Source of the DNA: Planctomycetota bacterium
GTDB lineage: Bacteria > Planctomycetota > Planctomycetia > Pirellulales > Lacipirellulaceae
Direction: 5' to 3'
Assembly (NCBI GenBank): GCA_039190745.1
Contig: JBCCXZ010000015.1
Coordinates: forward strand, 1 to 64,000
DNA: 64,000 nucleotides
This document shows, piece by piece, positions 29,862 through 38,982 of this stretch. A program made the translations under genes and the position numbers. Numbering within the stretch: position 1 is the first letter of the stretch; each line of letters opens with the position of its first letter. Under the pieces are notes generated by a model. It was not told the DNA's origin and made no database searches. It was given only the letters and a program-made list of their open reading frames with translations.

Positions 29862-32084
29862 ATGAAGAAAGTTAAAACCGGCGGCGGTTGGCCCGCCGTG
29901 CTCTATACGCTCAAAAAAGGCCGAGAGGCCGGCGGCATCTTCAAGCTCTGGAAGGCCATGCGTTCCAAGAACGCCTGCAAGACCTGCGCGCTCGGCATGG
30001 GCGGCCAGAAGGGCGGCATGGTCAACGAGTCCGGCCATTTCCCCGAGGTCTGCAAGAAGTCGCTCCAGGCGATGGTCGCCGACATGCAGGGGGCCATCAC
30101 CCCCGAGTTCTGGGCCGAGTACCCGCCCGAAAAACTCCGCGGCCTCACCCCCCGCGAGCTCGAACACTGCGGCCGCCTCACGCAGCCCGTGCTCTACACC
30201 CCCCAGTCCGGCCAGTACCGCCCCATCGCCTGGGAAGACGCCTTCGCCCGCATCACCGCCAAGCTGCAAGACCTGCCCGCCGACGAAACCTTCTGGTACT
30301 TCAGCGGACGCAGCAGCAACGAGGCCGGCTTCCTGCTGCAGCTCTTCGCCCGTCTGTACGGCACGAACAACGTCAACAACTGTAGCTACTACTGCCACCA
30401 GGCCAGCGGCGTCGGCCTCACGAGCATCACCGGCAGCGGCACCGCCACCATCGTCCTCGAGGACCTCGACCAGGCCGACCTCGTCTTTGTCATCGGCGGC
30501 AACCCCGCCAGCAACCACCCCCGCCTGATGCGCACCCTCATGCAGGTCCGCCGCCGCGGCGGGCAGGTGGTCGTTATCAACCCCTTGCGCGAAACGGGCA
30601 TGCAAAACTTCAGCGTGCCCAGCGACCCTTGGAGCCTCTTCTTCGGCTCCGACATCGCCAGCCACTACGTCCAGCCCCACATCGGCGGCGACCTCGCGCT
30701 GCTCAACGGCATCGCCAAGCGCCTGCTCGAAACAGGCCGCCACGACGCCCCGTTCCTCGAAGCCCACTGCAACTCCTGGCCCGAGCTGAAAGCCCACCTC
30801 GAAGCCGCCGATTGGGACCAGCTCGTCGTCCAGAGCGGGGTCGCGCTCGAAACGATTCACCAGCTCGCCGACCTCTACGCCAAAGCCAAGAACGTCGTCT
30901 TCAGCTGGACGATGGGCATCACCCACCACGCCCACGGCGTGCAGAACGTCCAGGCCATCGGCAACCTCGCCCTCATGCGGGCCATGGTCGGCCGACCCGG
31001 CGCCGGCCTGATGCCCATCCGCGGCCACTCCAACGTCCAGGGAATCGGCTCGGTCGGCGTCACGCCCAAGCTGAAAGACGCCGTCTTCGACCGGCTCCAA
31101 AACCACTTCGGCGTCGAGCTTCCCACCACCGCCGGCCTCGACACGATGTCCTGCATCGAGTCCGCCGATCGGGGCGAGCTCAAATTCGGCCTCTGCCTCG
31201 GCGGGAACCTCTACGGCTCCAACCCCGACGCCGCCTTCGCCGACAAAGCCCTCGCCAACCTCGACATGCTCGTGATGCTCAGCACCACGCTCAACACCGG
31301 CCACGCCCACGGCCTGGCCCGCGAGACGATCATCCTCCCGGTGCTCGCCCGCGACGAGGAGCCGCAGCCCACCACACAGGAGTCGATGTTCAACTACGTC
31401 CGCCTCAGCGACGGCGGCCCCCAGCGTCTCGAAGGCCCCAAGAGCGAGGTCGAGGTCATCGCCACGCTTGCCGCAGGCGTCACCGGCGCGAACACCAACG
31501 GCACGCCGCTGAAGTCCATCGACTGGGCCTCCATGCGAGACACCGGCCAGATCCGCCAAGCCATCGCCGCCATCATCCCCGGCTTCGACAAGATCGCCGA
31601 CATCGACCAATCGAAATCCGAGTTCCAGATCGCCGGCCGCACCTTCCACGACCCGCAGTTCGCCACCCCCAACGGCCGCGCCAACCTGCACGCCGTCACG
31701 CCGCCCGAGCTGCAAGGCACAGAAGACAACCAGCTCCGCGTGATGACTATCCGCAGCGAGGGCCAGTTCAACACCGTCGTCTACGAAGACGACGACCTCT
31801 ACCGCGGCGTCGAGGGCCGCAACGTGGTGCTCATCCACCCCGACGACATCGCCCGCCTCGGCCTCGACCCCCGCGAGCGGGTCACCGTCCACGGCCCGGC
31901 CGGCTCGATGCACGGCTTCGGCCTGCACCCCTTCGAAGAAATCCGCCCCGGCAACGCCGCGATGTACTACCCCGAGGCCAACGTACTCGTCAGCCGCCAA
32001 CTCGACCCCGCCAGCCGCACCCCGGCGTTCAAGTGCGTCGTGGTGACGCTAGAGCCCGAGAGCTTGTCCGTGGTCCAAGGGTAG
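29862..32084 (+). CDS. FdhF/YdeP-family molybdopterin oxidoreductase
   Basis: GGGWPAV, CKTCALG, SGRSSNEAGF, NNCSYYCHQASG, RGHSNVQG, TIRSEGQFNT, YYPEAN, SRTPAFK. Confidence 0.92.
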   Translation: MKKVKTGGGWPAVLYTLKKGREAGGIFKLWKAMRSKNACKTCALGMGGQKGGMVNESGHFPEVCKKSLQAMVADMQGAITPEFWAEYPPEKLRGLTPRELEHCGRLTQPVLYTPQSGQYRPIAWEDAFARITAKLQDLPADETFWYFSGRSSNEAGFLLQLFARLYGTNNVNNCSYYCHQASGVGLTSITGSGTATIVLEDLDQADLVFVIGGNPASNHPRLMRTLMQVRRRGGQVVVINPLRETGMQNFSVPSDPWSLFFGSDIASHYVQPHIGGDLALLNGIAKRLLETGRHDAPFLEAHCNSWPELKAHLEAADWDQLVVQSGVALETIHQLADLYAKAKNVVFSWTMGITHHAHGVQNVQAIGNLALMRAMVGRPGAGLMPIRGHSNVQGIGSVGVTPKLKDAVFDRLQNHFGVELPTTAGLDTMSCIESADRGELKFGLCLGGNLYGSNPDAAFADKALANLDMLVMLSTTLNTGHAHGLARETIILPVLARDEEPQPTTQESMFNYVRLSDGGPQRLEGPKSEVEVIATLAAGVTGANTNGTPLKSIDWASMRDTGQIRQAIAAIIPGFDKIADIDQSKSEFQIAGRTFHDPQFATPNGRANLHAVTPPELQGTEDNQLRVMTIRSEGQFNTVVYEDDDLYRGVEGRNVVLIHPDDIARLGLDPRERVTVHGPAGSMHGFGLHPFEEIRPGNAAMYYPEANVLVSRQLDPASRTPAFKCVVVTLEPESLSVVQG

Positions 32085-32152
32085 GATGGGTGCTCGCACC
32101 CATCTGTCCTTAGAACGCTCTTTGACCTGATGGGTGCAAGCACCCATCCTAC
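32081..32152. repeat. GTAG-type REP doublet (REPIN)
   Basis: GTAG-GATGGGTGC-TC-GCACCCATC (32081-32104) and inverted copy GATGGGTGC-AA-GCACCCATC-CTAC (32129-32152). One mismatch, 24-bp spacer. Confidence 0.85.
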
Positions 32153-32156
32153 GTCA

Positions 32157-32987
32157 CTAGGCATCTACTAGGACGGCGCGGAGACCCAATGCGTGAATCA
32201 GAGCGTCTTCTGAGTGGAACAACGTGTAATGATTGATGTTGAATTCATCGAGCTGCTGCAATGCCTTGGCACGATCACTCCGAGGAATCGTGATCTTGAT
32301 CAAGACATCTTGTTCCTCAAATGCCTCACTGACATCATGGTGTGAACAGAACGTATGTGTCTTGGAATGGCGATCCCAATTCGTTGATATTGTGTACTGA
32401 GACTTCTGCAGGAAGTGACGCGGATCGGTAGTTACATACGGCCCGATCGTCCTGATCATGTTTGGCATGTCGTCTCCACCACTCTTCATGCCATCCGGCA
32501 TTTCGATAAACGCGAAGACCGAGCAATGTTCTGCTTCGCTTACACCTTCTAAGGCAAAGTATGCTGCTACGTAAGGCGAGGCAGTCCAATCCAGCAGAGG
32601 TGATGGAAAGCCATGCTGGCGAAGGTAAGCGAGCAGATCATAATGAGGAAGATAGCATCGCATGAAGTCCTGCTTCTCCTCGATATCTCTATCGATCTCC
32701 TGAATGGATGGCAAACCCCAACGCTTCCCAGTCGTTGACTCAAGCTCGTTGATTTGTCGATCAACGCAGCGAAAGTACTTTTGTGGTGTATACTTCCTCG
32801 TTGACGCGCGCTCCAGTGTTGTCTCTAGACGCCAGGTGCTATCCGCGTGTCCTCGGAACAGTATGTTGTTTCCAAGATGGATTGGCTCCAGCCCGGGTAT
32901 TCTCCGCGTTCGCATCCCGTAATCGGCTCTGATCTCTGCGATAGCTTTAGGGAACTCCGTCCAGGAGTCCAAGTGGACCGTTTCCAT
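32157..32987 (-). CDS. FRG-domain protein (low GC)
   Basis: LFRGHADSTWRLETTLER and RQHGFPSPLLDWTASPYVAAYFA. AGGAG upstream of ATG 32987. Confidence 0.88.
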   Translation of the reverse strand: METVHLDSWTEFPKAIAEIRADYGMRTRRIPGLEPIHLGNNILFRGHADSTWRLETTLERASTRKYTPQKYFRCVDRQINELESTTGKRWGLPSIQEIDRDIEEKQDFMRCYLPHYDLLAYLRQHGFPSPLLDWTASPYVAAYFALEGVSEAEHCSVFAFIEMPDGMKSGGDDMPNMIRTIGPYVTTDPRHFLQKSQYTISTNWDRHSKTHTFCSHHDVSEAFEEQDVLIKITIPRSDRAKALQQLDEFNINHYTLFHSEDALIHALGLRAVLVDA

Positions 32988-33015
32988 CCTTCGTCTCCTG
33001 CTCGGTGCTATGTCC

Positions 33016-33044
33016 GGTGCCATGCCCACGCTCGCGTGGGCATG
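33016..33044. repeat. REP-like palindrome
   Basis: GGTGC + CATGCCCACGC-TC-GCGTGGGCATG, a perfect 11-bp stem between parE and the FRG gene. Confidence 0.7.
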
Positions 33045-33069
33045 CCGTCAATGCGATCTCTTTACGCTA

Positions 33070-33378
33070 CTATTGAAGCAACGTAGCCGAGTCCTGAGCG
33101 CCGTGCACCACGCGGACGACCTCTACCCCCTCAGCAACCGGCCGATAGAAAACCACATACTTCCGAAACCGCCGCCCTAACGTCCACACCCGCAGATCGT
33201 CAACGTCTGCGTGATCAAACTCCTGCCCAAGAAGCGGCTGGGCCGCCAGAAGATCGAAGGCGCTCTGCGCAGCAATCAGGAAGCGATGCGCCGCCTCTGG
33301 GCTGTCCTGCCCGATGTGCGCAGAGATGGCTTCTAAGTCTTCAAGAGCGGCGGGCCTGAGCAGTACCGCGGCGATCAG
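33070..33378 (-). CDS. parE: Type II toxin, RelE/ParE family (CTG start; absent from ORF track)
   Basis: Hand translation: LIAAVLLRPAALEDLEAISAHIGQDSPEAAHRFL...LAAQPLLG...LRVW...YVVFYR....VEVVRVVHGAQD. CTG overlaps the antitoxin TGA (CTGA). Confidence 0.88.
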   Translation of the reverse strand: MIAAVLLRPAALEDLEAISAHIGQDSPEAAHRFLIAAQSAFDLLAAQPLLGQEFDHADVDDLRVWTLGRRFRKYVVFYRPVAEGVEVVRVVHGAQDSATLLQ

Positions 33379-33650
33379 TCGCCCCGCTGATCGATGCGTG
33401 CATGAAGCCGACGCCAGTCTTCGTCGGTCATCGGAGTAGCCGGCCCGCTCTCGACGCCCGCCGAGATCATCGCCTCTATCTCCTCACGGCACTTTCCGGC
33501 CAGCGAGATGCTCTCCGGCGCCCCGTAGTCCTCCACCGAGTCGGACGCGATCAGGTGGGCTACGTACGCATCGATCTGATCACCGAATCCAGCCGCCGCC
33601 GCCTGCTGCCGGATCAGCGGCATCGAGTCATCAGGTAGGTTGATCTGCAT
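33375..33650 (-). CDS. ParD-like antitoxin
   Basis: 91 aa. N-terminal RHH-like MQINLPD...DAYVAHLI, acidic C-terminus GVESGPATPMTDEDW. SD AGGAGG. Directly upstream of parE. Confidence 0.8.
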   Translation of the reverse strand: MQINLPDDSMPLIRQQAAAAGFGDQIDAYVAHLIASDSVEDYGAPESISLAGKCREEIEAMISAGVESGPATPMTDEDWRRLHARIDQRGD

Positions 33651-33693
33651 AACAATCCTCCTGCCTGTAGTTTGACGACCGAACACACAGTCG

Positions 33694-34683
33694 TCAAAAA
33701 GCCAACCCATCATCCCGATCCGCCCAAGCCTTCATCACCCCCAGCTCCGTCCCCTCATCCAACCACCGCACCGACCCGTCCCCGAACGCCCCCTGGGCGC
33801 CACCCGGGTGCGGCGACTGGATCGCCCGGTTCGGCCCGCAGTTGCCGTTGGCGCCCCGCGCGCCCAGCGATTTCTCGTTCACCGGGTGCGCCACGCTCGT
33901 CAGATTGAACGCCCGCTGGAAGTTGGCGATCCGCGGCCCCATCAGGAAGCCGTGCAGGCACCCGCTCTCGCACTGCACCGGGTTGCCCGCCGCGTCGCGG
34001 CACCAGTCCGACTGCTCCCCCAACAGCAGCGTGTTGGAAAGCCCGTCCGTCACCCGCCGCAAGGCGATCTCTTCGCCGGCCACCAGCGACCCGCCGAAGC
34101 TGACCGTCCCCGGAAAGCCGTCGATCGTCGTCGTCTCCAGCTGCGTCGGGTGATCGACCGAGCCCGCCACGCCCGCGTACTGCGGCAACTGGATCTCACG
34201 CCCCGGCGGGTCGAGCGTCGCCGTCAGCGGCACATCGCTCGACGGGCACCGCATGAACGCGAACGTCACGCCGTCCAGCGTCTGGCCGTTCTGCAGGTTG
34301 CCGCCCACGCCCAGCCAACCCGTGTTAAATCCGTTCGCCGCCGTCCCCCGCAGCTCAAGCTCCTGGAACACCCGCTCCTGTTCGATGTGCGGCATCACAT
34401 AAGCCCAGAATGCGTGCCCGTAGGCCCCCTCCGTGCGGCCCGTGTGCGTGCCGCCCGCGGGCAAGGCTCCCCGCTCCGACTCGTGGTTCAACAGCGCCAG
34501 CACCACCTGCCGCAGGTTGTTCGAGCACTCCGAGCGCCGCGCCGCCTCCCGAGCCGACTGCACCGCGGGCACGAGCAGGGCGACCAGAAGCCCGACGATC
34601 GCAATCACCACCAGCACCTCAACGAGCGTGAACCCACTTGCCCGTCGGCGCACTCGATTTCCGCCCAAGATCCCTGTCATCAT
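33694..34683 (-). CDS. DUF1559 protein with prepilin-type N-methylation site and H-x9-DG C-terminus
   Basis: [76 protein letters not shown]. Confidence 0.95.
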   Translation of the reverse strand: MMTGILGGNRVRRRASGFTLVEVLVVIAIVGLLVALLVPAVQSAREAARRSECSNNLRQVVLALLNHESERGALPAGGTHTGRTEGAYGHAFWAYVMPHIEQERVFQELELRGTAANGFNTGWLGVGGNLQNGQTLDGVTFAFMRCPSSDVPLTATLDPPGREIQLPQYAGVAGSVDHPTQLETTTIDGFPGTVSFGGSLVAGEEIALRRVTDGLSNTLLLGEQSDWCRDAAGNPVQCESGCLHGFLMGPRIANFQRAFNLTSVAHPVNEKSLGARGANGNCGPNRAIQSPHPGGAQGAFGDGSVRWLDEGTELGVMKAWADRDDGLAF

Positions 34684-34724
34684 CGAGTTTCCTCGTCCTG
34701 TGGCACGGCTTCCCGCAACCCCTT

Positions 34725-34747
34725 GGTTCGGTAAAGGTTCGGTAAAG
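34725..34747. promoter_or_regulatory. Tandem 11-bp direct repeat, OmpR/PhoB-type box candidate
   Basis: GGTTCGGTAAA x2 exact. Minus strand reads CTTTACC-GAAC-CTTTACC. Confidence 0.5.
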
Positions 34748-34901
34748 TAAGGGGCTTCACAAAACCAACCGGAGAGCCCATTTAAAGAGTTGAGCGCCCC
34801 ATATCTTACGGTTAAAGTGCCCCTGAACGAAACCTGCGGCCCTGCACAGGCCGCGACCTCGGCCTGCCCTACACCAAGAACCACCCCACCGAGTCGGACC
34901 A

Positions 34902-35480
34902 ATGAAGCAGACACTGATCCCGGCCCTTCTGCTGGGCCTGATCGCACAATCGGCATCCGCCAGCTCGATCTACAACGAGTCGATCGACGGCGACCTTTCC
35001 GGCGTTTTCTCCGCACCCGATCTGCTGCCGATCACCACCGGTGTCAACACGCTCATCGGAACCACCGGCGCCAACGGCGGCACGGGAGCAACCGACGGCT
35101 CCGACGCCGACTACTTCACGATCACAATCCCCGCCGGCAAAGAGCTGACTACCATCACGCTCGACTCCTACGTCGCCAACCCGGCCATCACTTCGCAGAG
35201 CTTCATCGGCTACGTCAACGCCGCCGCCTTCACGGGCCAGGGAGGCGGTGACATCGACGACAACGAGCTGTTCGGCACGGCCGACCTCGGCAACCCGAAC
35301 CTGATCAATGCCATCACCGGCCAGTCGAGCCTCGGCCCCGGCGACCACTCCTTCTGGATTCAAGAGATCGCCACTACGGTCATCGACTACCAATTCTCGG
35401 TGACCGTCGTCCCCGAACCGGTCTCCGCCGGCCTCGGCCTGCTCGGCCTCGCAATCGTCGCCGGCCGTCGCCGCCGCTAA
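34902..35480 (+). CDS. PEP-CTERM sorting-domain protein
   Basis: Signal peptide. C-terminus [24 protein letters not shown]. Confidence 0.93.
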   Translation: MKQTLIPALLLGLIAQSASASSIYNESIDGDLSGVFSAPDLLPITTGVNTLIGTTGANGGTGATDGSDADYFTITIPAGKELTTITLDSYVANPAITSQSFIGYVNAAAFTGQGGGDIDDNELFGTADLGNPNLINAITGQSSLGPGDHSFWIQEIATTVIDYQFSVTVVPEPVSAGLGLLGLAIVAGRRRR

Positions 35481-35505
35481 GCGAAGGCAACACAAAGCGA
35501 CCAAC

Positions 35506-35537
35506 GAAAACGCCCGGCCTTACGGTCGGGCGTTTTC
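35506..35537. terminator. Rho-independent, probably bidirectional terminator
   Basis: GAAAACGCCCGGCC-TTAC-GGTCGGGCGTTTTC hairpin with A/T tracts on both sides, 25 bp after the PEP-CTERM stop. Confidence 0.8.
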
Positions 35538-35908
35538 TATGCGCGGTCGGTTTTTCGTGGCGAGCGGCCACTTGCTTTGCTAAACAGAAGTTGCACCAGA
35601 GAAGAGTACGCCGCCGAGCCCGTTCCTATCCGCCGATCTACGCTCGGCGGTCGCGCTACGAGGAGACTTCCGTCACAAAAAAGAAACCAACAACGAACGC
35701 AAACACGCCCGAGTAAAGACCGCCCGACGTGCCCCGCCGCGCTAAGAACCCCGAGCAAACTCAAAACGAAGGCGGACAAAACCCACCCACTTTTGGCATA
35801 ACGCCGCGTGTTCCCGAATCCGAGCCAAGACCCAAACGGAGGACAAAACCCCAACCTCGGGCTTCGTCATTCAGAATTCGCCATTCCCATACCGCGGAGC
35901 TCCCAACC

Positions 35909-37777
35909 TCAATCCACCCCAATCCCATCATCACTCGTCGCCATCCCCAGCTGCTTCATCTTCCGATACAGGTTCGACCGGTGCAGCCCCAGCCGCTTCG
36001 CCGCCGAGCTCATGTTACCCCCAGCACGATCGATCATCTGGCGGATGTAGCTCTCCTGAAAACTCTTCGTCGCGTCCGACAGCGACGAGTCACACCGAAA
36101 CCGCAATTCCTCCTCGGCCGAACCCGTGTCGATGAACGCCAGCTCGTCCGCGTCGATCACGTCGCCCGAACTGAGGTACGCCAGCCGCTCGAACAGATTC
36201 CGCAGCTCCCGGATATTCCCCGGCCAAGCGTGCTCCAACAGCCGCCGCTTCGCCGCCGCGGTCAGCTTCGGCATCGCCCGACCCATCCGCTGGCAGAATC
36301 CCCGCAGGAAATGCTCGGCCAGCAGCAGCACGTCCTCGCCCCGGTCCCGCAGCGGCGGCAGATCGAGGCTCACCACGTTCAACCGGAAGAACAGGTCCTC
36401 GCGGAACCGCTTCTCCCGCACCATCGAGGCCAGGTCCTGGTTCGTCGCCGCCAGGATCCGGACCTCGGTGTGGATCGGAGTCGAGCCGCCCACCCGCACC
36501 ACGGTCTTCTCCTCCAGCACCCGCAGCAGCTTCGCCTGCCCCGAGAGGCTCATGTCGCCGATCTCATCCAGGAACAGCGTCCCGCCCGAAGCCAGCTCGA
36601 ACTTGCCGGCACGCGTTTCCCGGGCGTCGGTGAAAGCCCCCTTCTCGTGGCCGAACAACTCGCTTTCCAGCAGGGTCTCGGTCAGAGCCGCACAGTTGAC
36701 CGCCACAAACGGCTGGTCCCGCCGTTCGCTCAGAAAGTGGATCGACCGAGCCACCACCTCTTTTCCGGTACCGTTCTCGCCCAGGATCAGGATTGCCAGG
36801 TCGGTCGCCGCGATCCGGCGGATCGTCGACCGCACCGCCTCCACCGCCGGGCTCTCGCCGATCAGCTGCACGCCCTCGGCGGCTTCCTCCACCAGCATCT
36901 GGTGCTTGGAGATCAGCTCTTCCATGTGCTGGGTGTTCTGCAGCGTCACCGCCGCGTGGGCCGCCAGCTCGATCAATTCCCGTTCGTCTTCGTCCGTGAA
37001 GGTTCCCTCATGCTTGTTCAGCACCTCGAAGGCGCCGAGGCACTCGCCGGCAGGCGTCGAAAGCGGCACGCAGAGCACCGTCTCGGTCGTGTACCCAGTC
37101 TCAGAATCCACGCTCCGGTCAATCTCCTCCGCCCCCGGCCCACGGCCGGCACGACGAGGGGACAAAGTCTGCACCACTTGGCCCACCACGCCCTTGTCGT
37201 CCGGGATCCGCAGCTCCTCGTCGTCCATACCCAGCGCCGGCCGGGCGACGAGCTGCCGGTTGGGGCGGTCCCACAGAAAAATACTGGCCCGGTCGGCGCC
37301 CACCAGCTCGGTCGCCGCCTCGGCCATCGCCCGCAGCAGTGCCGGCATGCTGTCGGTCTGGCTCCACCGGGTGGTAATCTCCAGGATCTTCTCCAACCGC
37401 CGGATCCGCCGCGACCGGCCATCCATCGCCGCCGCGAGGCGCAGACCGTTCCGCAGTTCGTTGACCATCTCCTCAAACTCAGCCATCCCGAGCTTCCCAG
37501 CGGCCACGAACACCTCGGCCTCGTCCACCACCCCGGCAATGGCCCCGCCGGAAGAGGTCGTGCCGCCCGAGTCCAGGGCATCGGCTGCCAACCCAAACGC
37601 TTTCCCCGGCTCGAGCGCACCGGCCGAGGCAACCATCTGCCAGTCGGGCGGAGCCGAGCGGACAATGGCGCAGCCGCTCATCCCTTCGAAGGAGGCGATC
37701 CGGCCCACCAAAGCCTCCAGAGTCTGCCCCGTCTTTTGTACGCCCGAGAGTGTTTCCAATAGATCGTTTGATATCAT
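35909..37777 (-). CDS. sigma54-dependent transcriptional activator (GAF-AAA+-Fis HTH)
   Basis: GAF (ADRASIFL, LCVPL, EVLNK), GENGTGKE, ESELFGHEKGAFTDA, LFLDEIGD, FREDLFFRLNV, WPGNIREL, AAKRLGLHRSNLYRKM. Start is ATG 37777 or GTG 37795. Confidence 0.95.
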   Translation of the reverse strand: MISNDLLETLSGVQKTGQTLEALVGRIASFEGMSGCAIVRSAPPDWQMVASAGALEPGKAFGLAADALDSGGTTSSGGAIAGVVDEAEVFVAAGKLGMAEFEEMVNELRNGLRLAAAMDGRSRRIRRLEKILEITTRWSQTDSMPALLRAMAEAATELVGADRASIFLWDRPNRQLVARPALGMDDEELRIPDDKGVVGQVVQTLSPRRAGRGPGAEEIDRSVDSETGYTTETVLCVPLSTPAGECLGAFEVLNKHEGTFTDEDERELIELAAHAAVTLQNTQHMEELISKHQMLVEEAAEGVQLIGESPAVEAVRSTIRRIAATDLAILILGENGTGKEVVARSIHFLSERRDQPFVAVNCAALTETLLESELFGHEKGAFTDARETRAGKFELASGGTLFLDEIGDMSLSGQAKLLRVLEEKTVVRVGGSTPIHTEVRILAATNQDLASMVREKRFREDLFFRLNVVSLDLPPLRDRGEDVLLLAEHFLRGFCQRMGRAMPKLTAAAKRRLLEHAWPGNIRELRNLFERLAYLSSGDVIDADELAFIDTGSAEEELRFRCDSSLSDATKSFQESYIRQMIDRAGGNMSSAAKRLGLHRSNLYRKMKQLGMATSDDGIGVD

Positions 37778-38018
37778 AATGACTTCTTGTTTCACGAAAA
37801 AATGGTGGCTACTGGCACACTATCGATGTCAATAATATGCACCATGCGTCCGAAAGTGAAGTCGCAATGCGATATCTACTTTAGATAATGTGGCAAATAT
37901 GAAACCACTCCCGCGGCTCTCCGTCATGACCAGGAACGCCGGGAGCCTTCCTACAAACCCAAGCGTGATGGTATGTTGCGGCGTCTTGGGGTTACTGATC
38001 CGCTAGCTGGAGGTACGG

Positions 38019-38840
38019 ATGTCGAGTTTCGAGGGCAAGAAGGGGCTGATCACCGGCGTCTTCAACGACCGATCGATCGCCTGGGCCATCGCCGACAAAA
38101 TCATGGCCGCGGGCGGGCAGTGCGGGTTTACCTATATGCCCGACAAGCCCGAGGACGAGCGGAAGAAGAACCTGAACCGGATCACGAAGCTCACCGCAGA
38201 CCGCCAGCAAGCCGGGTTCCTCCAGCCGATGGACGCCACGTCCGACGAGCATATCCAGGCCGTCGCCGAGAAGTGCAAAGCCGAATACGGCGAGCTGGAT
38301 TTCTTGCTTCACTCGATCGCCTTCGCCCCGCCCGAAGACCTCAAGGGCGACACCATCGCCACCAGCCGCGAGGGCTTTAATATGGCGATGGAGATCAGCG
38401 CCTACAGCCTGATAGCAATCACCAATGCCCTCACCCCCGTCCTCAAGGAAGGGGCAAGCGTTCTCACGATGACCTACTTCGGCGGCGAGAAAGCCGTACC
38501 AGGGTACAACGTCATGGGTGTCTGCAAGGCGGCCCTCGACAGCGTCGTGAAGTACCTCGCGTACGACCTAGGACCCCGCGGCATCCGGGTGAATGCGCTC
38601 AGCGCCGGCCCACTGCAGACCATCTCCGGCCGCGGCGCCGGCGTCGATGACATGCTCACGCTCTACGAGGGAATGGCTCCGCTCGGCCGCAACATCACGC
38701 ACGATGAGGTCGGCCAAACCGGAGCGTTCCTGCTGTCAGATAGCTCCTCCGGAATCACCGCTGAGATCCTGCATCTCGACGGCGGCTACAACGCGATGGG
38801 CTCGCCGGGGCGGTTGGTGGAACAGTTCAAGGGCGTGTAG
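38019..38840 (+). CDS. fabI: Enoyl-ACP reductase
   Basis: ITGVFNDRSIAWAIA, HSIAFAP, ISAYSL, PGYNVMGVCKAAL, RVNALSAGP. SD GGAGGT. Confidence 0.95.
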   Translation: MSSFEGKKGLITGVFNDRSIAWAIADKIMAAGGQCGFTYMPDKPEDERKKNLNRITKLTADRQQAGFLQPMDATSDEHIQAVAEKCKAEYGELDFLLHSIAFAPPEDLKGDTIATSREGFNMAMEISAYSLIAITNALTPVLKEGASVLTMTYFGGEKAVPGYNVMGVCKAALDSVVKYLAYDLGPRGIRVNALSAGPLQTISGRGAGVDDMLTLYEGMAPLGRNITHDEVGQTGAFLLSDSSSGITAEILHLDGGYNAMGSPGRLVEQFKGV

Positions 38841-38982
38841 GGTCCAACCGCGAGACCGGTCTGGCCGGGCGTCGGTCGGGCTGATAGTCTCCCCCTCCAA
38901 CCCGCCCACGGCCCGCCGCAACCCCCTCGCGGCATCGCTGGGCAGAGGACAAGGACCCGTCCCAACCCGCCGAGGTACGAGC

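Noticed and set aside
34701..34717. TGGCACGGCTTCCCGCA as a sigma54 promoter
   Set aside because: The GG-to-GC spacing is 11, not the required 10.
37878..37905. dif-like site ACTTTAGATAA-TGTGGC-AAATATGAAAC
   Set aside because: The XerD arm matches TTATGTTAAAT at only about 6 of 11 positions and lacks the inner TTA.
38837..38870. GTAG at the fabI stop as another REP
   Set aside because: No palindrome follows the GTAG.
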